A stretch of DNA of 64,000 nt, from the NCBI RefSeq assembly GCF_001194135.2, contig NC_068988.1, forward strand, positions 25,489,188 through 25,553,187, read 5' to 3'. This DNA is from Octopus bimaculoides. Its lineage: Eukaryota. A program made the translations under genes and the position numbers. Below are positions 26,341-40,421 of the stretch, in pieces. The notes under the pieces were generated by a model, which was given only the letters and a program-made list of their open reading frames with translations, searched no databases and was not told where the DNA came from. Positions within the stretch are counted from its first letter, which is position 1. Each line of letters opens with the position of its first letter.

Positions 26341-28797
26341 ATAATATCGCAAACTGTCGTACATCGCCTCCGTTTTTCCATTTACTAAAGGATTAATAGA
26401 AGCAACACATTAACTAGCCTGTTCTCAACATTAGAATCCTTTGGCATAGTTAAGTTTCTTGATTTGTAATTGTCATTTTTCCTGATTCTATATTATTTTT
26501 CTTTTCCTAACAATGTTGCAGGTTCATATGAGTGTAGTAGAGATTTGATACTACAGCGTATATGAATCAGCTTAGCTACATTGTCATATCTCCAGGTGCA
26601 TTATATGCACTACAGAAGTTACATTTGACATATATGCTTTAATAATCCAAGATACAATCATCAGGATTTGCACAATTCTGGATCATATGCTACATTTTCT
26701 TCGCATTAATTTAACATGTTTGCGACTTACAGCACTCAGAAAATGAGTTAATCATCTCTATTCTAGTGGGCTATCAGATGACTGGTGCACTATTCTCGCG
26801 ACTATCTGAGATTATACACAATATGCCGTTGCACGATGTGGGGAAGTCGGGAGAACGCAGTTGTTTTTGTGCGTTAGGTAATTCAGTTTGTGTGAAGGTT
26901 TCCTTGAAACACCCTCGGCAAATGGTGTTATTGTAATCAAGAGGATCTAGGTTTTGTGACATGTAACAGGCAGTGTTGATTGGAGGTCCGTTCTAGTTTT
27001 ATGCCAGCAATATATTTCTGGATTTGGATGGGAAAATAATTCTCTCGATATTTTTTACTAGAAATTCTCACCAGTCATTCGTGGTTAGTAAATGTATACT
27101 ACATGGAAATAAATCTACGCCAACATTTTAAACAATTACTTCGAACCTATCACATGTTGGATTTTGATGCTGGAGTGATTCCATCATTTGCACATATTTA
27201 ATTTCGAGGATAGTTATTTTAAATAGGACAGTGGTGTAAAGAACTACACATCTTGGAAATTCAAATTCAGAGGTTAGTAGTAAATAAACAACTGAATGTT
27301 TAAATTAGTAGTGAAAACTTGTCTGTGCCAATATTTTGTTATCAAAATCCGAACGGAAAAGGATTTTCCCGAAAACACACAATACAATCTAAACACATAA
27401 TGATTTATGATCTGATATGTTTGTATGTGAAAAGTCATAGCAGGGTTAATGAGACGCCTAGAATCATTTTATAGAAAACTAGCTCCTGAATCAATTCACA
27501 CAATCATTGTCCTACAAACAATTAGAAAGCAATCAGAAAACAATACACTTATTGAGCAGCTGCCATTCAAACACTGAGAAACAATATTATCCATGCAGAT
27601 ATTGTGCAAAACTAAAGCTCGTTAAAATATGAAGCCGACAATTCTATTGTTGATTAAATGAGAGAAAATTCAGAAGGTTAATATTAAAGGAGGAATTCTT
27701 TCACAATTTCTTCTGCTACTAACCACCCCCTCTCCTCTCTCTCTGCCTAACGAGCTATCAGTCTTTATTGAATATATATGCCCATTGAGATGAACAAAGA
27801 ATAATGTTGTATTCGTATTTCATGTATGATATAAATTGCTCTTAAATTTCCGTAAGTGCTCCCACTCAGTCACGGATATAAAAGTTAGTAGGGAGAGCCT
27901 CTCTTAGACGATGGGAATCATCCAAATGAATATGGAACTAATCAACAACAACAAGAAACACAACATCTCAGTTGCAGTTTGAATAGCGATCCAATACTAT
28001 TTACGAAATAGCTTAAGTGACCTTTAAAACAGTTTTGGTTAAAATTACATTTTATTCGAAACTTATCACTAGTATATAATTTACCTTTAAACGAGATATA
28101 TCTCATATTCTACATGAATAGAATAAATTAAATGAAATATAATGAATTGGTTCATTATTCTCAGACAAAACTAGATAAGGAACATTCTCCTCTCTGACAG
28201 CAACATATTGTGTGAAGAAAAAACAATGAGGCCAAATATTAGAGACAAACCGATGACGCTAATCAAATTCGTAATTTCACATCTGCGGCGTTAGCAATGC
28301 TATGAATCAAAGAAAAGAACGAGTAATGAATAAGAAAGTACAGAACTAGATAAGTACTGTAAAATAACAGCTGTTTATTTATTTATCGAACGGCATCAGC
28401 TTCTCTAATCCCTTTTCTTGTACTTTAACATTGCCTTCTGTTTTAGGAAGTTATTAAATCTTGCAATATATTATTACCCTCTTTTTGATTAAATAACATT
28501 TAAAGTGATTTAATTCATTTGTGCAATAAACAATTCAGCGAAATATTCACTTATGATTTATTTCTTCAAAATGGTATTCTTCTACAGAGGACGCTGTCAA
28601 CACAGCTTATCAGCACATGCGTACTGATTATTCTCAGCAAATTTCAATTGCATCCGTTTTACATTTATGCATGTATGTATGTATATGTGTATGTGTTTAT
28701 GTGTGTATGTATGTATGTGGATGTTTATGCGAGTGTGTATGTATTTCTTTGTGCGCGCGTGTAGGGTGTGTGTATGTGTGTGTGTGTGTGTGTGTGG

Positions 28798-28856
<59 letters not shown>

Positions 28857-28974
28857 GATACATATGTCGGTTCTTATTGTATTCAACGATATTTAAAAGG
28901 AAATACTTCATTTGAATTCTAATATTGTGTTTAAAATTTTCCGAAATCGATACCATAATTTCATGGTGCAAAAA

Positions 28975-29028
28975 GTCACTCACTTTGTTTCATGAATAAA
29001 CGTCACTCACTTTGTTTCATGAATAAAC
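28975..29028. repeat. Perfect 27-bp tandem duplication
   Basis: gtcactcactttgtttcatgaataaac twice. Confidence 0.97.
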
Positions 29029-29605
29029 GTTTAAAAATTTCTCTTTTCCTAAAATTTATTTGATAGGAAAGGATAAATCATGTATAGTCTTATGTCTCCT
29101 GGTGGGAGCCATTTTAATTATATTTGATTTTATATGAAATATGCATATATCAAACAAAATATTTTCTCAATCGAAGGTGAGGAAAAGCAATATGTGTTCA
29201 ATATTAATCGATAACATATCCATGATATTTCTCGCAATATCATGCAGTCAATATCCAGACTAACTGGTCGATCCGACTTTTTCTCTTCTCTGAAATTTAT
29301 TGTACTGCCTGAGGAAGAGCCAAGCCTGAAACGTCCTATTTTCACTAATAATTTTCCATATAAAACTTTCATCGAGCGTCAAACTAATACATTCCTTAAA
29401 TATGAAGGGTTATAATCTTTTTGTTATAATGGTAAAATAGTCAGATGTGCTTCTATAGCGTATACTATCGTCAGGCTTCGACAATATCGTTGGATATAAG
29501 ATATGTAAATCTACTGATTCTGAACAGATTAGTTCATGATCAACACAAAGGAGAAGCAGAGTTGCAGAGCAAATAATCTTAATAGCAATATTAATATGAA
29601 TACGA

Positions 29606-29825
29606 AGGCAGCGAGCTGGCAGGATCGTTAGCACGCCTGGCGAAATGCTTAGCGGCATTTTGTCCGTCTGAAGGATCATAGTTGGAATTCCGCCGAGGTT
29701 GATTTTGTTATTCATCTTTTCAGAGGTTGATAATATAAGTACCAGTCGAGCACTGAAATCGATGTAATCGATTTAACCTCAACCACGAAATTGCTGACGC
29801 TATGCCAGAAATTGAAATCAATATT
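29606..29825 (+). mobile_element. tRNA-derived SINE family A
   Basis: aggcagcgagctggcaggatcgttagcacgcc...gccgaggttgattttgttattcatctttt...taagtaccagt, same family. Confidence 0.9.
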
Positions 29826-31636
29826 AACATTACGAGGAAAGAACATTAACTCGTTGCTTAGTAGTATATTTATCATTTCGGCAAAAGGCAACAGAGGACA
29901 TCTTTCGATTTTACTAATATTCTACAGCAATGAGTATACATTACCGTGCTACGCTAGATAGTGTGAGGTTATTACCGAATAGTTTACATTAGATATGAAT
30001 GCCAGTAACAAAGTAACGATCCACTAGGATGACAGCATACCAAGCTTGTTATGTGAAAATTCAAAGAAGAAATATACCAAAGTAGAAATAGATAATAAAA
30101 AGATTTTTCTGCGTATAATATTTCACCTGCCTCATTCTAATTCCATAACCGAATACTATAAATCAAATTAATTATAGATGCATATGTTATGGACGTATTC
30201 TAAGCACGCTGCGATATAAAGATAATTTAAATCTATAGAGAACACTGTCATCTAGTAAAAAATATTAATAACAACGAAAATATAAATATAAGTAAAAAGA
30301 TTAAACATATGGCAATGCCTAACGAAAACAAACAAACACTTGAAGCATAAATCATTAATTAAGTGTTACAGTAATTATTCACCTAGGGTTTGTTTGAAGA
30401 CTGTGTACTTAATATACACTAATAATACTCATTGGAATGGCTTATGCATAATATTTATTTTTTACCGCTCCATGCTAATGTAAAGACAATACAGTTATTT
30501 AATTAACCAAAGTTGGAATGCAGCTAGAAGCCTCATGTTATGTCCTGATATATTACTTCAAATTAATATAAAGAGGAATGCGTATGTTTTTGTTTTCTTT
30601 ATTATTTCATGCAATCAGACTCTTGCATACATTACTGTTATCAGGTATAAAATAACTAGTTAGTATTTTCACGTTCTCTTTTCAACATGTCGGCATAAAC
30701 AGAACGGTTGAAAAAAAAACAAAAAAACATTATTGCTCTACTGGTTACATTATTGTATTAAATTAATTTTGTCTCTTAAATATAACAAATCAATAATTTA
30801 TTCTTTTGACCAAACAACTGATCAATATTATATTACCTGTCAAATTGTTAATATATTACTCCACTTTATACAATTTTCTGACAAGCTAAAAATACAGCTG
30901 CTTTATTACTGCATCATCTATAGCTTTCAGGTGAATAGCACATGATTGAGTGTATAAACCAAAATAGACTAAAATCATTGAAAACAATTAAAGTCACAAA
31001 TTAGGGAAGTTAGAAACCGCAGATTCAACAAATATAACTGAAATAGTAGCTTCAACCATCATGATATAATCCTTCTTCCATCGTTTTTCAGCTGGAAGTG
31101 AGTGTCAGTTTCCACTGTTCCTAATGTTAAAAAGAGAATAACTGGGATGATTGAACCACAAGTGTTAGCGGTTAGGTTCATGAAATGGTTTAACCCAGAA
31201 ATCAGGCCATCGGCTTAGAAGAAAAGAGAAAGGAATTAATCACTACTAATCAAATTAATATAATTCGATTTGTTTTTCATCGTAATATCTAGATTTTAAT
31301 GTAATAATATCATTCCTTGTACCAAAGGCACAATAACTGTGCATAAATTGCCTACAAAGATTTTTTATGGCTTTCGATCATCATGCATTTGATTTGAACT
31401 TAATTTTCAGACATCTATAGCTGTTCTAAAAGCAGGGCTTACAAACTTTTTGTGCCCTTACCCCACATGCTCTCTTACACTTGGAAAGGAAAAATTACGT
31501 TATAGAATTTTTAATGTAATAAAATGTGATGTTACTTTGGTATCAGCTGTAAAAGATAAAGTGACAGGGGTATGTATGTATGTATGTATGTATGTCTACA
31601 CATAGACACATATTCACATGTGTGCATACATCCTTA

Positions 31637-31688
<52 letters not shown>

Positions 31689-32323
31689 TGAATGATCAAA
31701 CAATAGAAAGTAACGCTAAATAGGTTTAGTTGGCGCTGTATTTAGACTCAGCTCCATATTACGTAAAGTTTCGTGGGCAAATGTTCCACATGATCAGATG
31801 CAACATAAAATGTCATCTACATGAAAATGTTGAAGTCTCATTTGGGTAACTTAAGTAACGGGGTTCAGTGGTTTAACTATCTTAATCGCACTAGTCCTTT
31901 TAATGTTTGCGTTGCGTGTGAGAGCAGATAGGATGTTGGCATCAGTTAGAGGGCATTTTGTACAATTTCGCATATCACTGATATTATTTCTATCACCGAC
32001 TAATCGAATGGATGGCCCACGCATAATGATAGAGGAGAGAATCGCTGCTGCTCATGAAAAGATTATACATTTTATCACCGGACTCTTTAGGATTGTGAGG
32101 CGAATCAATATGTAGCTTCACACCGTCAAAACTATTAACTCGCTGAAAATTCTCATCCGCTAGAATGCTCACTAACTGACGTAAACACATTTTCTTTTTT
32201 TCTATGAGGTATCCTGTACCCACAAATCTTCAAAGAATGTGAAGATGTGCAAATCGATTACACACAAACACATACAAATGAATGCGCACTTACTTATTGG
32301 CAGACATTTGAGAGACAGATATA

Positions 32324-32363
<40 letters not shown>

Positions 32364-32622
32364 ACAATTATTACAAATTAAAAGCGTAAAGGTTTATCAA
32401 TTTATTAATTTATTAATAAATCAACAATTAATAATTTTTACCAAGCCCTTCGGTATGTAAGCACCATTATAGGTGGAGAACTTATTTAAAAGTTCATTTA
32501 AAACTGTATTCCATATTCCCGAGCGTCATACTAATACATCCTTTTGTTATTTACACCACCTGTCCGCGTCTGTTGTTGTTTTTTCGTATATTCTCCCGTG
32601 TAGATATATATATATATATATA

Positions 32623-33942
32623 AGCAGTGCAGAGCACTGAAGTGGCTGGACCATAACTACCCAGAACCCTGAGGACAACATTCAAGTGAAAAGAATGATT
32701 GCACATGTAATAAGATCTAGCATAAGAACCACCTTGAAGAACCACATAGTAAAGTTCCACAAAAGATCTATATATGCAGGTTCAAGATGCAGTAATTTGT
32801 GTTGATGTGACTGGAGATGTGTCTGGGCTCTTCATGACCTGGTGGGACAGAAACGTAAACAATCCTTAGCTGAAAATTTACAACTGTTTTGCCTTACTGT
32901 AGGTATGTAGATGACAGTAATATTCTAGTTAGGACACATTCTGTTAACTGTAGTGTAGAAACCGTGAGGAGTATAATGGAGAGCATCCAGCACATAACTA
33001 ACTCCATCCACCAAAGTATCGAGGAAACTATAGATTACCCCGCGAGGCACACTAATAATAAACTCCCTGTCCTTGATATTGAACATTGGTTAGAGACTGA
33101 GAAAAACAGAGTGCAGCTCCTCCACTCCTATTACATAAAACCTATGGCTTCTAAATATGTTGTTCAGAAGAACTCATCTTTGTCACACAACATAAAAATC
33201 AACATATTGATAGCAGATCATAAACAACGTGTCCCCACTATGCGAACCCTGTGAAACTGAGAAATATGTACAGAACTTCATGCACTGCATGTAATTCCCT
33301 GGATATGACCAGATAGATACGCTTCGGGTATAGAGGGGAGCTAGAAAGAAGTCAGATAGCATTATATGTAATGAAACCACTGGTACCTGCCCTAGACAGA
33401 GAAGTAAAGACTATAATAGGATACAGAGAGATTGTGAGAAAACAAACAGAGTGAACACATGTACAAGGGTGACAAATATCAAGGAGTGATGTTTGTAGAG
33501 AACTAGGACGAAGATTTAGGAATGTGCTTGCGGCGGCCAAACTCAAAATTAATATCGTTGAAAAGTTAGGCAAATCTATCAGATCACAGTTGTGTAGGAC
33601 GTACCCCTATGAAAATACCACATGCACCAATGAGGACTGCATGGTATGTAAGATTAACCCTAGCATTAATTTTAGAAATAAAAATGTAGTCTACTGCGTA
33701 AGGGGCATAGAGGGTGCTTGTAAAGGCAAGAAGATGGCATACATTGGTGAGACATCTAGAAGCATTGCAGAGAGACTCAATGTACATTTGAGACAATATA
33801 ACGACAACAAACAGTCATCCGTACTAACATACCAAAGCCCAACATGGAGGCACACTGTGCCGACTTGACATCCGTATTTTATCCAAGCACCCGAAGGACA
33901 TGACACAGATAAATACAGGAGTACATCTTCATAGATGAAACC
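32623..33942 (+). mobile_element. Penelope-like retroelement (PLE), 5'-truncated and frameshifted: RT, Cys-rich linker and GIY-YIG endonuclease
   Basis: Translated pieces: GDVSGLFMTWWDR; YCRYVDDSNILV (RT catalytic YxDD); TIDYPARHTNNKLPVLDI; YYIKPMASKYVVQKNSSL; CTNEDCMVCKINP; VVYCV...YIGETSRSIAERLNVH (GIY-YIG). The Cys-rich linker resembles Neptune-type PLEs (inference). Confidence 0.9.
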
Positions 33943-36900
33943 TATATATATGTGTATGTGTGTGCATGTATGTGTTTGTCTGTGTGTATGTGTATATTTA
34001 TATTTATATATATTTTGTGCATAATTTATGCACGTTGACCGAGAGGTAATTACCTAGTAGGTGACGTAAATCGGAGTTCTCTTCACTTTTACGTTACTTT
34101 CTAGAGCCTTAAAAGGTTTCTTACGAAATTGAGATCCATCGGGTACTTTTTGCATTTCATAATAAACATTAACACTTATCACTGTCGTCAACAGACATTC
34201 AGAAAGTTTTACATGGCCAATTTTCAGAAGGTATTGAAGACCCGGTAATTTTCCTAACTTTTAACACTGTCAATCAATATATTCACCCTGGCTCATATAT
34301 TTTACTGAAGATGACTTGAAGCAACGTTAGGCTTATTATACAGAAATAAATGAAAAAAGACTGCGAAATAATTGTGACTCACCAAATTTGACCATCGGCG
34401 AAAGTCTATGTCAGAAATATGGATTTGCAGCAAAAATAAAATTTAATGCATTTGTATCAATAGTAACTTTGAGATGAGCATTACATACCACAAGCAGCGA
34501 ATATCATAATGAAGTGGTTGAAAGTGATAATCTCCCCAGATGCTAATATTATCAGACATTGATAGTTGGAGCTAAATTATGGTGAATAATAGACATAAAT
34601 ATTATTGTATTCTTCGTCAATCTTATCACCGATAATAAAAATGTGTTCAATAAAGAGAATGTCTTTATGGTAGTAAGTTACATCTGCCGCGATGAACACG
34701 ATCCAATGCACATATGACATTAATATGTCTAAAATTATGTGGAGCTGCTGTTCACAAACTGTTATTAACAAAATTACAACTATTATGGTGTGATATTACT
34801 AGAGCCAGTTGAATTAAAAATGAAGAAAAGGCCGTGTTATGCGTTCTATAACACTGACACTAAGTGGGAAGAAAGTGTGATAACTACCGCTGATATACAA
34901 TTTAACAATATGGCAATCATAATTTCTTACCACATAGTAATTTCGTCAGCTGTATAATAATCTACAAAAAAAAAGTAATATTCCATATCTAGAAAATAGA
35001 ATTCTCAAGCACCTCCTTTATAATTACAGAGACTTGTGTTGAAATAGCCAAACGCAAGACAAGCAGAAACTTATTTTGTGAAGCTACTATATCTAACCAA
35101 ACTGCATGTATATGCACGTTCCACCTGGGTATTCATAACAAGTGACATGCATCAATATTGTATTAGCTATATTGATGGTTGATGGATAAATTTTCTGTGT
35201 TATGCAGAGAAATCGGCGTTAAATAGTTGACATTGAGAGTCGAAATTGCATTACTGAAGATATTCCATCAAATTTTCCACTACAGCAGGAATCAGTTCTT
35301 CATATATTGTCTTTAACATCGAAAGTTTCCAAATGTAATTATATATTGCATTGACTATGATAACCATCTTCCGGAAGAAATGACCAAGAGTAACGAAACT
35401 AACGGGAAAACTGAACAAAATAACGACCAATATACGTATATTACACGTGCAGACGGAAGTGCGAAAGTGATTGCACGGTCTCTCGATCGACCTGCTAGAA
35501 ATAGTAGCAAAAATTTCTTAATAAAAATCAACTTAGCATTTCAAATAATAAATGTTAGATTAGATTTTAGTCTAAAATATGCGAAGATAACCAAAGAAAT
35601 GGTTTTGTTTTAAAATATCCTCGGTCAGAATATATCAGCGTTTTAACAGCAAAAGTAACAAGAACAATGACAACAGCAACAACGAATGACAATATGTTAC
35701 AGCCTTGAGCTTAGTGGTCTCTATGGGAAGAGTTTGACACATTTCAGCCAAACGGAGTTCAATATTATGTATTACACAAATGTCTGTTTAAAAGTTTGCG
35801 TGGCACACTAGTGTGTCATGCAATGTTATTTGGTATTCCAGGCAAGTAATAAAATTCTATATCAAAATGTGTGAAAATACATGCTGAAATCTGAAATTCA
35901 ATTATTAAAATATATCGTTGTAAATTTCTACAAACTAAATTCTAAATGGAAATTCAGTATAGTATGAAAAACAAAATGAGAACTATCGTGGTTCACCTAT
36001 CGCCGGTTATTATTTAAGCTTACTTTCATTCCTCCATGGTGGTTTGCATTTATAATAAAATAAATATCTATAAATTATAAAAATAATTAAAAAGATGTAC
36101 AGTACGATGCTTTTTCTACTTCGTGGGTGTTCACCTATCATGGGGGTTTTTGGAACGTAACATCTGCGGTAGTCGAGGGGTCACTGTATATTAACAGACT
36201 TCGATTTATTTTGTGCGTAAAATACGCCAAAATACCATTTATTCATTGTAAAATGAACCACAAGTTATACAAATTTGCCACCCGATACAATCAATTACTG
36301 CTAGAAATTACTCGCCAGAATATAGTCTCACGCTACGGAAAAGAAACATTTCAGAACAGCTTCACGCTTGGAAAATCTTGTTAACTAACAATAATGAATT
36401 TAATATCAAGAGAGAGATCTACGAGACATCTTTAATAAGTGTAAACAGAGTGTTGAGACAATCAAGAATTTCTTTTTACAAAGAAATACTTGATCGTCTG
36501 TCTCGCTCCTCTCTGACCAAACCTCAAACTTGTCACCTTCCTCATAGAAAGCTAATTTATTCCAATTTTAGATGTTTACTTAATTAACGACTCTAATAAA
36601 CAAAAATGGAGATGTCGGTAGATTTTCAACCACGTCAGTGCATCGTGCTGCTAGTAGTGAATCTCACGGTGTAAATGTTATTATTTGAAATAACGCACTA
36701 TTTAGGCAAAGACGTGGCAAAAAAAAAGAGGACACGAATTGTAATCATTAATGCATAATTAATGCTATCATTGATATTGGACATTCCGAATGTTATTAAA
36801 CGCGACAATAATTGAATAATTTTCTTTTGATATTTCAGTTAAGCTTCACGCAATAATATATCGTGTGCAATACATTGCACAACCAATAAATGGATGCGCA

Positions 36901-37675
36901 CATGCTAACGAAGACATACATCTTCATCCTACGTAGATACATACACACACATGCATACACATGTGTATATATGTATATATACATATATATATANNNNNNN
37001 NNNNNNNNNNNNNNNNNNNNNNNNNNNNNNNNNNNNNNNNNNNNNNNNNNNNNNNNNNNNNNNNNNNNNNNNNNNNNNNNNNNNNNNNNNNNNNNNNNNN
37101 NNNNNNNNNNNNNNNNNNNNNNNNNNNNNNNNNNNNNNNNNNNNNNNNNNNNNNNNNNNNNNNNNNNNNNNNNNNNNNNNNNNNNNNNNNNNNNNNNNNN
37201 NNNNNNNNNNNNNNNNNNNNNNNNNNNNNNNNNNNNNNNNNNNNNNNNNNNNNNNNNNNNNNNNNNNNNNNNNNNNNNNNNNNNNNNNNNNNNNNNNNNN
37301 NNNNNNNNNNNNNNNNNNNNNNNNNNNNNNNNNNNNNNNNNNNNNNNNNNNNNNNNNNNNNNNNNNNNNNNNNNNNNNNNNNNNNNNNNNNNNNNNNNNN
37401 TCAGGAGCCAAGTGTCTATGCATGCACCGCTGCACTTCATGCCTTACTTATTTCCCACGATAAATAATTCTTGTTTAATATGTAATTGATTATTAATAAT
37501 CTTCACTAGATTCATTTAGTCATATTTACATTTATTTCGCATCCTTTCATTTCTTCGTCTAAATTGTAAACAATCGATATTATTTAACAAGTGTAAGTAG
37601 TGAGAAATGACGGAAAGGCTATGAATTGTATTCCTGTCCTTTTGAGGAGGGAGCGTCAACAAGAAAGACAAAACA

Positions 37676-38010
37676 AACGAATGAGTGATCAACAGAAAGA
37701 AAGGCGAATTTTTCTGCTTAGTCTTCAGTCATAATCGGCAAGAGCAATGGTATTAGTCTCTTCATATTCTATTTTTCTCTTCGGAAAGAAAAACGAAATT
37801 AACGAGTGAGTGGTCAATAGAAAGAAAAGCAAATGAAAGCAAATGTGTTACTGCTTGTTTTCAGTCAGAGTAAGAGCATTGGTGCTATTTTCTTTCCATT
37901 CTATTATTTTCGAGAAGGATCGTCGAAAAGAGAGACAGAACAAAAAATTATTGCGTTGTCAAGAATGAGAAAGACAGAGAAAACAGATATTTTACTGCTT
38001 GCCTTCCAGC
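37676..38010. repeat. Old degenerate tandem repeat, unit about 125 bp, two copies plus a partial third
   Basis: aacgaatgagtgatcaacagaaagaaaggc...ctgcttagtcttcagtca...agagcaatggt...attctatt at 37676 versus aacgagtgagtggtcaatagaaagaaaagc...ctgcttgttttcagtca...agagcattggt...attctatt at 37801. The third, partial copy (ttactgcttgccttccag) is near 37990. Confidence 0.75.
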
Positions 38011-38249
38011 CGTGTAAAGCCAGCAGACATGTTGACAACTTATTTCTTTTTTCTCATGAAGTGCTGATGTTTTTACTGTCATGTGCAGCAGAGCTTAAAA
38101 ACTAGCCTATTGAGAGGACTTTCCTGAGGCTTTCCTCATAGTCGGACAGTTTCGACGAGAAACGCATATTTTGTCAATTTACAAATTTGATTTATTGCTT
38201 TCTGATATATTTCGTACGATTATTCGGTACCGAAGTGTACGGATTTTAT

Positions 38250-38450
38250 CTTTTATCTTCTACTCGTTTTAATCAGTAGATTGTGGTCATGACGGAGCAC
38301 CATCTTAGGTAATTTTTAGACAAATAAATCCACCCCAGTACGTTTTTAAAGTCTGATGCTTATTATTTCGTTCTCTTGTGTCGAACTGCTATGTTACGGG
38401 AACGTAAAGACACCAGCGCCGGTTGTCAAGCGTTGGTGAAAGACACACAC
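38250..38450 (-). mobile_element. SINE family B, 3' half
   Basis: tgtggtcatgacggagcaccatctt...gtcgaactgctatgttacgggaacgtaaagacaccagcgccggttgtcaagcg. The head is missing beyond the (CA)n tract. Confidence 0.8.
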
Positions 38451-38489
38451 AGACAGAAAGACATACACTCACATACACACATACTCAAG

Positions 38490-38548
<59 letters not shown>

Positions 38549-40014
38549 CACAGTGTGATCCAGGGTGTTTCCATTTCTTATACCTGCATGATGTATACTG
38601 AACGAAGTCTTACTACGCTGTCGCCAACACATCAAGCGAATGAGAAGCGATTTACTCGTTTATGAATCATATTATTTAGATTAAAATAATTTCAACGAAA
38701 TAACAATTATATGAAAATATTTATTATGCTCAAACACTTAGATGAGCGGTAATATGTATTTTCGTATTTGTGTGTATGAGAGAGTGTAACTATGTGTGTA
38801 TGTGTGTGTGTGTGAGTGTTTTTTTTTGCGCGCATTTTGTTCGATTTGTCTGCATTTAGTGATGTTGTGTATATCTCCAGCAAATTAAAGTAAACACAAT
38901 CCAACGACCACGAAACTTCAATAAGAAGTGTAGGTAATAATGTTGCAGCTATAAAGTATGCTTCCACATGAAAGGACTACGATTTATATTTGTTGAGTCT
39001 GTCTACTCACTAATGTGATCAATCCAAGCTGTTTGTGAGATGTACATCAATACACAAAACCAATTTCATTGCATCCTATTCCATTAATAATCACACAGTA
39101 ATAAAACCCTTTCAAATATGAACCACAATGGATTCCTGCTCTCATTAATAGAAAGGTGATGATATCACACAAGCTATCAGCGTTGACCTCATCGAGAAAA
39201 ATTGTGCCACAAAAACTGGAGAAAGTTCACTCACAAACAATCTAATATCATTGGCTTAGTGTGACGTCGTTTATATCGTTATTTGTTCTTTTGAAATTGC
39301 AACAACCCCTACAAGCATACTCTGCACGCTGTGAAGACCCAACTATGCGTCTCCCCACCTCTCATTAACTCTAGGGAGCCTCATTTCCCAAACGGCATCC
39401 ACTAGATAATTCCCATGATTGTAAGCCACGCAATACCTATTTCGACCTCACTTTTTCTGCACACACCAATACTGATATGTACACACTGAATATAGCTTGC
39501 ATTATTCCCAGCATTTTGCCTGAACCTGGCTTCTGTACAAAAATTTCTCAAGAGTGTACAATCTGAGATCTGATTATGAGTTTCACTCCACTTCTCATGA
39601 CACTGCCTGTGGAAACTTCATCGGTCACTTTTGTGTAACCAGTTGAGTAGAGATGACGGTATAGGGTGTATCTGAAATAGTGTTCGGAGAAAGCCTCATT
39701 ATTTAAAACGCCCGCTTCTAATATTAGAATATGCTACGCTTTCACTATCAGGCAATCATTTATTTCCATCATATGGCAAGCAACAAAAATGAACAGAAGC
39801 GTCAAGCTCATTTCATGACGTCACTTACGTTGTTTTCAGATATCAGTATTATAGTTTTATGATTTTATTTTCCAGGAAACCACCGAAATTATGTGTTTCA
39901 TAAATTCTTTAAATCCAAATGATAGCTCATTACATCTGTGTGGCTGTAGACACACACATACGTACACACATGCATATATAATATAAATATATTTATATAC
40001 ATATATACAAAAGT

Positions 40015-40061
<47 letters not shown>

Positions 40062-40421
40062 NNNNNNNNNNNNNNNNNNNNNNNNNNNNNNNNNNNNNNN
40101 NNNNNNNNNNNNNNNNNNNNNNNNNNNNNNNNNNNNNNNNNNNNNNNNNNNNNNNNNNNNNNNNNNNNNNNNNNNNNNNNNNNNNNNNNNNNNNNNNNNN
40201 NNNNNNNNNNNNNNNNNNNNNNNNNNNNNNNNNNNNNNNNNNNNNNNNNNNNNNNNNNNNNNNNNNNNNNNNNNNNNNNNNNNNNNNNNNNNNNNNNNNN
40301 NNNNNNNNNNNNNNNNNNNNNNNNNNNNNNNNNNNNNNNNNNNNNNNNNNNNNNNNNNNNNNNNNNNNNNNNNNNNNNNNNNNNNNNNNNNNNNNNNNNN
40401 NNNNNNNNNNNNNNNCCATAC

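Noticed and set aside
28588-28672. Plus-strand open frame EDAVNTAYQHMRTDYSQQ after tacag
   Set aside because: The only donor falls inside a (GTAT)n microsatellite.
31462-31479. 18-nt minus-strand exon-like CKRACG (WAP-like), with a good acceptor and gtaagg donor
   Set aside because: It is phase 0-0, incompatible with the phase-1 Sushi exon, and it lies in a cagggcttacaaacttttt context resembling a hAT/MITE terminus.
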